This document shows, in pieces, positions 1-7,554 of a stretch of DNA of 64,000 nt (position 1 is its first letter; each line of letters begins with the position of its first letter). A program made the translations under genes and the position numbers. The DNA is taken from the IMG/VR virus record IMGVR_UViG_3300036760_000522, positions 124,001 through 188,000 of that record. One strand, given 5' to 3'. Below the pieces are notes generated by a model that was not told the DNA's origin, made no database searches, and saw only the letters and a program-made list of their open reading frames with translations.

Positions 1-651
1 GTTGGGTGCCGAGAACGCCTGCTGTGTTGCGTCGGCGACCATCGAACCCTCCCAAAGGAACAAGCCCGCATAGTGGTCAGGGAACGCGTTGACGGTCGCT
101 TGTGCGAACATGGCGCCACCGACGTAGCCTCCAATCACGACCTTCTGGCTGGGGTTGTAGGCGGCAAGGACAAGGCCCCTCACGAACTCAGCGTCGTCGA
201 TCCTGGTCTGAACGGTCCAACTGCCCATCGCGAGACATCCGGTTGACTCACACGTCCCTGGGGCTTGCTTCGACAGCCTGTCGTCGATCACCCAGACATC
301 GAACCCTAGCGTTGCGAGGGAGCCCAGAAAGGACTTCCGGTAGTTGGTCGTCTCTGTGAGCTCGTACCATCGGACGTCGTATCCAAATGGTCCGTGAAGA
401 ATGACCGGCTTGTGTGAGTACGAAGACTTGACGCGAGTCACCCCAAACACGTTCAGAGGATCTGTCCCCTGCTGGACGGTGTGCTTGGTTCGTGTGAGAC
501 CCGTCGCAGGGTTGTCGATCACCGTGGCAGTGACAGAGTAGTCGCTGAGTGCTTGTGTGACCACCTCGACATCTTGTGAGGCTTGTTGATCAGGTGCGCC
601 TGAGCACGCAAAAAGTAGGGCAACGGCGAGTGTGATTTGGATGGTTTTCAT
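1..651 (-). CDS. Alpha/beta-hydrolase-fold lipoprotein (partial, runs off left edge); nucleophile position is Val
   Basis: Manual translation from ATG at 651, open to position 1 and absent from the ORF track. MKTIQITLAVALLFAC lipobox, VILHGPFG, LATLGFDVWVIDDR, KVVIGGYVGGAMFAQ, PDHYAGLFLWEG. Confidence 0.75.
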   Translation of the reverse strand, partial: MKTIQITLAVALLFACSGAPDQQASQDVEVVTQALSDYSVTATVIDNPATGLTRTKHTVQQGTDPLNVFGVTRVKSSYSHKPVILHGPFGYDVRWYELTETTNYRKSFLGSLATLGFDVWVIDDRLSKQAPGTCESTGCLAMGSWTVQTRIDDAEFVRGLVLAAYNPSQKVVIGGYVGGAMFAQATVNAFPDHYAGLFLWEGSMVADATQQAFSAPN

Positions 652-661
652 GATGTGGGGA

Positions 662-691
662 AACCTACGATCCAAAATACGATCAAGTCAA
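662..691 (-). promoter_or_regulatory. Sigma70-like promoter for the hydrolase-like gene
   Basis: TTGACT-N18-TAGGTT ending 10 nt upstream of the ATG, with a GATCGTA direct repeat inside. Confidence 0.4.
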
Positions 692-697
692 TATTTA

Positions 698-773
698 TGG
701 AGCGGGTGACCGGAATCGAACCGGCCGACATTTGCTTGGAAGGCAACGACCTCGCCATTGAGGTGACACCCGC
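698..773 (-). tRNA. tRNA-Gly(TCC), CCA encoded
   Basis: GCGGGTG/CACCCGC acceptor stem, CTTCCAA anticodon loop, GGTTCGATTCC T-arm, U73-CCA. Confidence 0.93.
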
Positions 774-781
774 GAGAATAG

Positions 782-853
782 CTGTAGGGGAGGGATTCGA
801 ACCCCCGATCTGTCGGTTAACAGCCGACCGCTTTACCGCTTAGCCACCCTACA
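782..853 (-). tRNA. tRNA-Asn(GTT)
   Basis: TGTAGGG/CCCTACA acceptor stem, GTCGG-CTGTTAA-CCGAC anticodon arm, GGTTCGAATCC T-arm. Confidence 0.93.
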
Positions 854-854
854 A

Positions 855-921
855 TGGCGTCCCATGACGGATTCGAACCGTCGCTACCTGCGTGAGAAGC
901 AAACGTCCTGAGCCACTAGAC
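855..921 (-). pseudogene. tRNA-Glu(CTC) lacking the 5' acceptor strand
   Basis: D arm GTCT..GGAC, TTCTCAC loop, T-arm and ATGGGAC-G-CCA are present. The upstream AATTGAAGG cannot pair with ATGGGAC. Confidence 0.75.
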
Positions 922-1093
922 CCTTCAATTCCCAATCGATCTGATCCCTACTTACGCGGATCACAAAACAAAGAAACAAGTTTGTGGGCAGATCGGTACC
1001 TTGGTGGGCACCGATCTGCCACACGAGTGAAAAACACGAATTGTCAAAAAGCAAGGTCCTCGAAAGGACTTTTGAAGAGACCTGAAGTCTCAG

Positions 1094-1165
1094 TTCCAGG
1101 AGCTGGAATCGAACCAGCGTTCCGTCGTTCAGAGCGACGTGGCCTACCAATTAGCCGATCCTGGA
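1094..1165 (-). tRNA. tRNA-Gln(CTG)
   Basis: TCCAGGA/TCCTGGA acceptor stem, CGTCG-CTCTGAA-CGACG anticodon arm, GGTTCGATTCC T-arm. Confidence 0.92.
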
Positions 1166-1181
1166 ATACGAACTTCTTCTG

Positions 1182-1254
1182 TGGGCTGCCCGAGAATCGA
1201 ACTCGGAACTTTCAGGTTAAGAACCTGCTACTCTACCTGTTGAGTTAGCAACCC
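1182..1254 (-). tRNA. tRNA-Lys(CTT)
   Basis: GGGTTGC/GCAGCCC acceptor stem, CAGG-TTCTTAA-CCTG anticodon arm, AGTTCGATTCT T-arm. Confidence 0.9.
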
Positions 1255-1260
1255 ATCAAG

Positions 1261-1333
1261 TGGAGGTGACAGGGATCGAACCTGCAATCTACGTGTTAAA
1301 AGCACGTTGCATTACCAATTTAGCTACACCTCC
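1261..1333 (-). tRNA. tRNA-Lys(TTT)
   Basis: GGAGGTG/CACCTCC acceptor stem, ACGTG-CTTTTAA-CACGT anticodon arm, GGTTCGATCCC T-arm. Confidence 0.92.
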
Positions 1334-1398
1334 ATTCGTTGTGTGCCCGCCTTCACGGGCTTGTGTTTCACTGTTTTCATGATCGTGTCTTTCTTTTG

Positions 1399-1481
1399 TG
1401 GGTCCGTGAAGAGTTGAACTTCTTAGCCAATGGCCCCACGTTTACAGCGTGAGTCGCGTTCCGACGACGAACCCCGGACCC
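1399..1481 (-). tRNA. Atypical tRNA-Tyr(GTA) with long variable arm and non-canonical D arm
   Basis: GGGTCCG/CGGACCC acceptor stem, CACG-CTGTAAA-CGTG anticodon arm, GGCC-ATT-GGCT variable arm, GTTCAACT T-loop. U8 is absent. Confidence 0.75.
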
Positions 1482-1490
1482 AGAAATGTC

Positions 1491-1520
1491 AAAAGCCGCC
1501 TCGGATTTCCCGGGCGGCTT
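1491..1520 (-). terminator. Intrinsic terminator (attenuator) immediately upstream of the tRNA array
   Basis: RNA AAGCCGCC-CGG-GAAAU-CCGA-GGCGGCUU-UU. Confidence 0.8.
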
Positions 1521-1560
1521 CAAAGAACAAAGTTTGGTGAGTTCTTTCTCAGCCGCCTCG
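1491..1560 (-). promoter_or_regulatory. Terminator/antiterminator switch overlapping the leader ORF stop codon
   Basis: AGCCGCCTCG occurs at both 1494-1503 and 1551-1560. AAAGAAC (1522-1528) and GTTCTTT (1541-1547) form an inner stem. The two hairpins are mutually exclusive. Confidence 0.7.
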
Positions 1561-1791
1561 ACAATACGTCTCCGAATTCATATACCGCTTCGCTGCTTCT
1601 CGTAGGCGTTGACTTGGCTGCGGGGGATTTTCGATGAGTCCCATTACTGTCGTAAACGCCTCAGCAGACAACGTGATGACAGTGTCGCTATCCAAACCAC
1701 GCGGGACATCTGACGCTCGGAGATCCGTGAGCGGTTTCCTGGGACCGTCAAGGTAGGTCACCGCTGGTGTGGGCCACAATTCACGAGGCAT
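1549..1791 (-). CDS. DUF1778/TacA C-terminal-like small protein; attenuator leader ORF
   Basis: ITLSAEAFTTVMGLIENPPQPSQRLREAAKRY resembles the C-terminal half of DUF1778. No RHH N-terminus is evident. Confidence 0.65.
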   Translation of the reverse strand: MPRELWPTPAVTYLDGPRKPLTDLRASDVPRGLDSDTVITLSAEAFTTVMGLIENPPQPSQRLREAAKRYMNSETYCRGG

Positions 1792-1800
1792 GACGGATCG

Positions 1801-1829
1801 AACCTGACAGGAACTAACTAGCCCGTCAA
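1801..1829 (-). promoter_or_regulatory. Sigma70-like promoter of the leader/tRNA operon
   Basis: TTGACG-N17-CAGGTT ending 9 nt upstream of ATG 1791. Confidence 0.45.
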
Positions 1830-1839
1830 GTGAAATCGT

Positions 1840-2154
1840 TCATCGGCACAGCTCCCCGAAATGATAGACTCTTATGTGATCGATCCCGGCACGCTCCTCA
1901 AGGAGTAAGGGTCTGTTTATGGAGTCCACGCTTGTCGGTCCGTAGACGACAAGCGTGTTGGCGTTTTCCGGCCAGTGCGCCAAGACTTCCCGTTTTGACA
2001 GGAACCGATACAAGGCAGGGGTTCCGCACAACGTGCCGCTCGTGTTGCTGCCCAAGTAGATGATCCTACTCGCACAACTGATCAGATGCACGAGTGCTGG
2101 CTGTGTGTTGTGGTCACGTCGGCAAATTCGTACGAGCCGACCACGTCCAAACAC
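1840..2154 (-). CDS. Hypothetical protein
   Basis: ORF fills the gap and has plausible composition. Confidence 0.35.
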   Translation of the reverse strand: MFGRGRLVRICRRDHNTQPALVHLISCASRIIYLGSNTSGTLCGTPALYRFLSKREVLAHWPENANTLVVYGPTSVDSINRPLLLEERAGIDHIRVYHFGELCR

Positions 2155-2250
2155 ACGGGCACTGGATGCGATCGCGAATTGAGCCGAACGGGTTGAAGGC
2201 TACGTAACTAGTGAAAGCTCTTGTGGCCTCGCCCCTGTCAGGTGAAGCCC

Positions 2251-2733
2251 ATGATGAAAAATCTAATCGCTCTTTGTGTCGTATCCACTCTCGTCTTCGG
2301 TTGCGAACGCACTCCGACGCCAGAAGACCTCAATAACCTTCGGGACACGGTGACCAAAGGTGTCGCCACCACGACGGCCTTGGTTGAATCCGCCAAGACG
2401 ACCTTCCAGGAGGCCGCAGAAGCCCTGAAACAGCCCGGCGGCTGTGCCAAGGTCCAAGGAATGGTCAAGACCATCACCCGGTCCGGTGAGGCGGCCATCG
2501 CCGCTGGTGCCCTCGTGCAGACAGCTTGCGCCATCCTCCCGCTGTTCAAACAAGACGACAAGACGATCCGAACGCTCACGGACGAAGTCTGTCCAACCGT
2601 CACCAAAATCACCGATGCCGTGCCTGCCATCCGAGAACAGGCTCTCGCGCTTGGTGCTCAAGCCGACAAACTTTGCTCGATGCTGAAGGTGGCGGAACCT
2701 TGTCCGGAACCTGCGCTTAACCTGAAGAAGTAA
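2251..2733 (+). CDS. Helical lipoprotein
   Basis: MKNLIALCVVSTLVFGC lipobox followed by amphipathic helices with Cys pairs. Confidence 0.75.
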   Translation: MMKNLIALCVVSTLVFGCERTPTPEDLNNLRDTVTKGVATTTALVESAKTTFQEAAEALKQPGGCAKVQGMVKTITRSGEAAIAAGALVQTACAILPLFKQDDKTIRTLTDEVCPTVTKITDAVPAIREQALALGAQADKLCSMLKVAEPCPEPALNLKK

Positions 2734-2739
2734 GCACCA

Positions 2740-3954
2740 GTGAAAACCAAAAACCTCATCTCAGATGGCGTCGTCGCTAGTGCAATGGCGCACTGGCGAT
2801 TCAACACTTTCGGCGCCCAGTCATTTCCGGTCGAAACCATATCCCCGTACGTCGTCAACATTGCCGACAATTCCTTCGTCTATCCTGCACACGAAATCTT
2901 GTTGGCTGGACGATACAACAGCTCATTTGAAGCTGAAATAATCATTGGTGGAGATGGCAGCGGAGCAGGTGTTGGGTCTAGCGCTGCTAGTGGCTGGCAC
3001 ATTTTGCCTGGGATTGCAGGCTTCGTAGCAGGCGGTACCAATACGCTAACAGTGCTGGGGGAGTACCAAGGGGTCTCGATTGCTGTAGAGCACGGCAGTC
3101 AGGACGTTTACCGCACCAGCAACTCTACTACGTTTTCAGTGGTCTCAACCGTCGCCCCAACGTCACACGGTCTTTCAGCCCTAGCCTTATCCCGCTCCAC
3201 TTTTCCCGGGCGTATCATAGTGGGCGTGTACGGCGCAGGCACCACACAAAACCGCATCTCTACAAGTGACAATGGCGGTGCATCTTGGACGATTCGCGCC
3301 GTCCCTACTTCGTGGAACGTGAGCCACATCTTCCACATCATACCCAGCCACACGTCGGATCTGATAGTGCTCGCCACGGGCAGCCTGTTGGGGTCCATTC
3401 TGCGTTCGACAGACAACGGAATCACTTGGTCTTCCATCACGCTGCCTTCTGAGTTCTCGAGCAGCTTCTTCGGCTGGGACACCTACCAAGTCGCGTGGAG
3501 TCCCGTCTGGCGGCAGTACCTGCTCTTGGACGGGTCTTTGCAGATGGCAGTTTCACCCGACGGCCTAAGCTGGACTGTCATACCTGGGTCTTCGGCTTCT
3601 GCTTACGCCAATATCATCGAGCCGTCAGGTACTGATCGCGGAAGACTTCTGGCTGCAAACGGTTCCGTGTTTTGCCTAGCTGCAAACACAAAGGGGCTTT
3701 CCAATGACTTGTACGTTCGCGGGGGTCTTTGGACAGCAAACGCCGGCAGAACCTGGAATTTCTCTGCGTTCGGAAATGCCAACAACAGCACGTCTTACCA
3801 TCTTCGTGGGATCAAGCCCTGGAGAAACGGATTTGCTGCGTTCAGTCAGTACGGAGTCTACTTGTCCGGATCCTTGAAATTCGAACATCCGACGTATGAC
3901 TTCGGCAGCTTACAAGCTGGTTTGCCCCACAACGACTTGGGTTACAACTTCTAA
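2740..3954 (+). CDS. Asp-box/BNR beta-propeller protein (putative virion or receptor-binding)
   Basis: SDNGGASW, STDNGITW, SPDGLSW, TANAGRTW repeats. Confidence 0.75.
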   Translation: MKTKNLISDGVVASAMAHWRFNTFGAQSFPVETISPYVVNIADNSFVYPAHEILLAGRYNSSFEAEIIIGGDGSGAGVGSSAASGWHILPGIAGFVAGGTNTLTVLGEYQGVSIAVEHGSQDVYRTSNSTTFSVVSTVAPTSHGLSALALSRSTFPGRIIVGVYGAGTTQNRISTSDNGGASWTIRAVPTSWNVSHIFHIIPSHTSDLIVLATGSLLGSILRSTDNGITWSSITLPSEFSSSFFGWDTYQVAWSPVWRQYLLLDGSLQMAVSPDGLSWTVIPGSSASAYANIIEPSGTDRGRLLAANGSVFCLAANTKGLSNDLYVRGGLWTANAGRTWNFSAFGNANNSTSYHLRGIKPWRNGFAAFSQYGVYLSGSLKFEHPTYDFGSLQAGLPHNDLGYNF

Positions 3955-5210
3955 GGCAACCACATACGAGGGTCGACAGGGTTTGTGGCCCCGTACGCAG
4001 GTATGGCGTAGGCGTCACTTGCGAATACAGCTGGATCGTTCACGCCTGGGTAGTAAACGTGAATTCGAGATCCGTCATTCAACAATGAGACAGGATTCGG
4101 GTTCGAGTCGTTGTCCGTGAACGGATAGTCTGATTGATCGAAAAATGGTGCAGTCAAGGAAGTTAGGAACTGCCAGAGGCGTCCCCCGTTGCGGCTGATG
4201 AAAACCTGTGGCGGTGTACCGTACATGCCCAGCATGATTTGCCCTTCCGGATCAACCTTCTCAATGACGTTGAAGCTCAACCCAACAGCAGTGGTTGCCG
4301 ATGTTGGAAGGTTGGCATCCAGAACTCGACACGTAGTCCACGTAGCTCCGCTATCGTCGGAGTAGTACTGCTCCTCGCCGTCAGCGTCGGACCCCATGAT
4401 CCATCGGTTAAACATCGACGAGTACTGGATCTCCACATACGGAGAAGGAGTCAACGAAAGTGCCATGACAGCCCAAGTGACACCACCGTCCAACGAGCGA
4501 TACGTTGCACCAAATGACGTTCCAACCATCTGAACCGTACCTGTGTCGTCAATTTCGTAGTTGACGACTTCAAAACTTGGAATGGGTGTTGTGGTGATAG
4601 CAGTAAAGCCAGTTGAAGTGGCAGTCGCACCTGAAGCGCGGCAAATACTAGCGGTTCCACCAGTATTGTTGTTCACCAAATAATAGTAGAAGTTGCCGGC
4701 CCGACGCAAGGCAAGGGCTTCACCAACTGTGACTGAATGACCGGGGGGCGGAGCAAGCCAGTTATCCGAACTAGCCGTCGGAATAGCAGCCCCGTAAGGC
4801 AAAGCCATGATGCGAGGAATCGACACCGAGCTTTTTCCGAGCACCCACAAAAAGCTGGTGTAGTAATGTGCCGAAGATACGTGTGTGTACGTGATGGTAC
4901 CTGTTGTCTTGGTAGGAAAAATCGTCGTTTCGTTGAAGCGACACAGTGTGTTGAGGTAGCTCGTAGCGTCTACAAAGGTGTTTCCACTGACAGCCAGTCC
5001 GCTGTTGTACGGACTGGTAATCGAACCGCCGCGAAACATGACGCGCACGAGTCGCCGCCCTGCGCCCACAAAGACGGTTCCCCGCCTAAGTAACGAACCG
5101 TGGATCCCAGTAGTTTCCGCGCCAAAATCCAAATGGCCGGCGAACCGCCAATTGAGCGCGGCCTGAAGGTAACTGGGGTTCCGCAGATTGATCTGGTGTA
5201 GTTCCGGCAT
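3951..5210 (-). CDS. Asp-box/BNR beta-propeller protein
   Basis: SLDGGVTW, SDDSGATW, SRNGGRLW repeats. Confidence 0.75.
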   Translation of the reverse strand: MPELHQINLRNPSYLQAALNWRFAGHLDFGAETTGIHGSLLRRGTVFVGAGRRLVRVMFRGGSITSPYNSGLAVSGNTFVDATSYLNTLCRFNETTIFPTKTTGTITYTHVSSAHYYTSFLWVLGKSSVSIPRIMALPYGAAIPTASSDNWLAPPPGHSVTVGEALALRRAGNFYYYLVNNNTGGTASICRASGATATSTGFTAITTTPIPSFEVVNYEIDDTGTVQMVGTSFGATYRSLDGGVTWAVMALSLTPSPYVEIQYSSMFNRWIMGSDADGEEQYYSDDSGATWTTCRVLDANLPTSATTAVGLSFNVIEKVDPEGQIMLGMYGTPPQVFISRNGGRLWQFLTSLTAPFFDQSDYPFTDNDSNPNPVSLLNDGSRIHVYYPGVNDPAVFASDAYAIPAYGATNPVDPRMWLP

Positions 5211-5257
5211 GGTCAGGCTCTCGTAAGGTGTCGAGACAAAACAGGACTAGTGTGCGT

Positions 5258-5671
5258 TCAGCCGCGTTCGTTCTGGGCGACGACGCGTTTCACGAGTTCA
5301 ATGAGTTGACTGCCAGGCTCGTTGTTGCGCAGCCTGATCTCTGTCTTGATGCCGCGGAACCCAATTTCGTCCCAAAAAATGCCTCCCAATGTGGTGCCTT
5401 GAAAAGTGTCGGTCAGGTAGCCCACGACGAGCTCGACCTCAAGGTCTCGAACGCTTGTTCCTTTGCATCTGACTTCAGTGTAGTCACGGCTTTGGTCCAC
5501 CTCTCCGCGATCGGCCTTGTACCGAGCGGGGATGGCTTTCAGAATGTCTTTGCCGAGTGCGAGGCCCCATTCCCTGGCAACCTCCTCTATTGAACCAGCA
5601 TTGGACGCCGCAGTCTTGGTGGCGACCGCATGAACTCGTTGCAGTACACGTCGATCATAATCGTACATCAT
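5258..5671 (-). CDS. Hypothetical protein with N-terminal YDYDRR motif
   Basis: GAGGAG RBS; co-oriented with neighbours in an operon. Confidence 0.7.
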   Translation of the reverse strand: MMYDYDRRVLQRVHAVATKTAASNAGSIEEVAREWGLALGKDILKAIPARYKADRGEVDQSRDYTEVRCKGTSVRDLEVELVVGYLTDTFQGTTLGGIFWDEIGFRGIKTEIRLRNNEPGSQLIELVKRVVAQNERG

Positions 5672-5678
5672 GTTCTCC

Positions 5679-6008
5679 TCACTTAAGCTTCAGTGACGTA
5701 AACACTCGATTGGCGTCATCGTACGCTTCAGTCAGGGCTGGTATGCTCTGACGAACACGGTCCAACGCTTTCGCCAAATAATCTAGCTGTTGCTCTGGAG
5801 CGTACTTGTCCAAGCCTGGTAACCCTGTCACGGCCTGGTCTTCCCGTATTGCGGCGTAAAGCTCAACCAAAGCAGAGGCTGCCGCAGGGAGGTGTTTTGC
5901 TGCACGATCAAGATCGTCCACGACACGAACGATCTTGATCAGATTGTCCGAGTACGTACCCGACCGCACTGCGGCATTGCGACGATCGTAGCTGTAGGTT
6001 GCTGACAT
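5679..6008 (-). CDS. Hypothetical protein with N-terminal YSYDRR motif
   Basis: ATG at 6008 directly follows the topoisomerase stop and has a GAGGA RBS. Confidence 0.7.
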   Translation of the reverse strand: MSATYSYDRRNAAVRSGTYSDNLIKIVRVVDDLDRAAKHLPAAASALVELYAAIREDQAVTGLPGLDKYAPEQQLDYLAKALDRVRQSIPALTEAYDDANRVFTSLKLK

Positions 6009-6009
6009 G

Positions 6010-7464
6010 TCAATTTCCTCGAATCGGTCCAAAACCTCTGGGCAACCGTGACGCCGACATCTGCGACGACGTCTTTTTGGCGTTGAGGTAGCGGGCCACC
6101 ACTCGTTGTGTAGCACTCAACGGTGATCGGCGTAAAGCGCTGCCCTCATCTGTCTGCCACGCGGGATCCAAATCGTTTTTGGTGATGTTCTCGTCTTGAA
6201 ACAGTTTACGGTAAAGCGCAGTAGCGATACCGGATCGTCGGAACTCAGGTTCCACCTGAACCATTTTGATTTGGTAGCGACCTTGGTAGAGTGACCAGCT
6301 GAGCCAACCAACACGCTCATCGCGGCCAGGAACCCAAACGGAAATCCACCCATCGTGCTGACCCCGAGCGATGGAATCGTTACCGGTTTCGAAATACAGC
6401 GACTTCTCGAAGCCCTGTCGATCATAGGCCCACGTGATGAGATTCTTCCCACCGGCCTTGACGAGGTAACGTAGAATCACCTCGTCACTTTTGCTAGACT
6501 CAGTCGACACGATAGCAATCTTGTTGCCGCGCCAAACAGCGACCTTCTCGCTGCCCAATCCAGACTTGTACAACGAATGCCCGTCTGTCGAAAGCATCCG
6601 GCCATCTGCGGTCTCTTTCTTGATGAACGCGGCAACAACACGCTTGTCCGAAGTGGTCAAACCCGCGAACCGCATTACGAGTTCTGCCAACTTCATCTTG
6701 GAATAGACAGACCCGTCTTTGAGGAACGTCTCCTCGAGCCCCGGAACCAGGTACATGGACTTCAGAGTCGACGCTTCGTGACCGACAGCTTTAGCCGTCT
6801 CATCGAGTGCGTGTTCGAACTCCTTCTTGAGCTGTGCGTCTCGCTTCTTCTTGTCTTCCGACAGTTCACCACTTTTTGAACGGATTGCGCGGAGCTCATC
6901 TTGCATGAGTTTGTTTGCATGAAATCCGCGTAAATCTTTCGCTGTGATCTCGAACTTCTTGAGGTACGCGTTGACGTGACTTGCGGTGATCTTGCCAGAG
7001 CCGTGGCAGAAAATCGAATCCTCGTCGCAGCCCTCGTAAGCGTCTCGGAGAGCGGCCAAAATAGCCTTGTCGCTCACGATCTTCTTCTGTTTGACGCCAG
7101 ACTTCCCGACGTACTTGATAGTCGCCTTGCTGCGACCAAAGCTGATGTGACTCTTCTGCCACCCGGTGACGCCCACATGCCCGTCGTCGGCGCTTGTTGC
7201 ATTCCCAACACGTTCGTAAGTGTGATCTATCAAAGCCACGGCTAGCGAAGTCAGAGCCGTATCAGGATCGCTAGACTTCAGATCCTTCCGTACCTGGCTT
7301 CGTAAGCCTTTGATTTTACCGCGCAATTTCTCGAGTCGTGCTGCCTTTTCGTTGTTTCGACGCGCGATCTGTCGCTCCGAGTACTGATAGACGACCGTTC
7401 CGGTATCCAGCTTCTTTTTGGACTTGTACCGGGCCGCGACGCGAGCAGAAGGGGTCACTATCAA
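6010..7464 (-). CDS. DNA topoisomerase IB fused to a C-terminal GNAT-like domain
   Basis: Topoisomerase IB catalytic motifs ERVGN, YVGKSG, KDLRGFHAN, VGH..TLKSMY. Acetyl-CoA motif VQVEPEFRRSGIATALY. Confidence 0.85.
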   Translation of the reverse strand: MIVTPSARVAARYKSKKKLDTGTVVYQYSERQIARRNNEKAARLEKLRGKIKGLRSQVRKDLKSSDPDTALTSLAVALIDHTYERVGNATSADDGHVGVTGWQKSHISFGRSKATIKYVGKSGVKQKKIVSDKAILAALRDAYEGCDEDSIFCHGSGKITASHVNAYLKKFEITAKDLRGFHANKLMQDELRAIRSKSGELSEDKKKRDAQLKKEFEHALDETAKAVGHEASTLKSMYLVPGLEETFLKDGSVYSKMKLAELVMRFAGLTTSDKRVVAAFIKKETADGRMLSTDGHSLYKSGLGSEKVAVWRGNKIAIVSTESSKSDEVILRYLVKAGGKNLITWAYDRQGFEKSLYFETGNDSIARGQHDGWISVWVPGRDERVGWLSWSLYQGRYQIKMVQVEPEFRRSGIATALYRKLFQDENITKNDLDPAWQTDEGSALRRSPLSATQRVVARYLNAKKTSSQMSASRLPRGFGPIRGN

Positions 7465-7554
7465 AGCGAAACAATAGGAAGAAACGTTGCTGACGATTTC
7501 ACTCGATTTTGAGGCCCCGTGATTCGTAGTAAGAAGTACAGGAGTTCACGAAAC

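Noticed and set aside
922-1090. Group I intron in tRNA-Glu
   Set aside because: It is short for a group I intron, not in the anticodon loop, and I recognised no P7 core motifs.
637-1637. ORFs 637-843, 884-1150, 892-1248 and 1449-1637
   Set aside because: They are shadow ORFs over the tRNA genes and attenuator.
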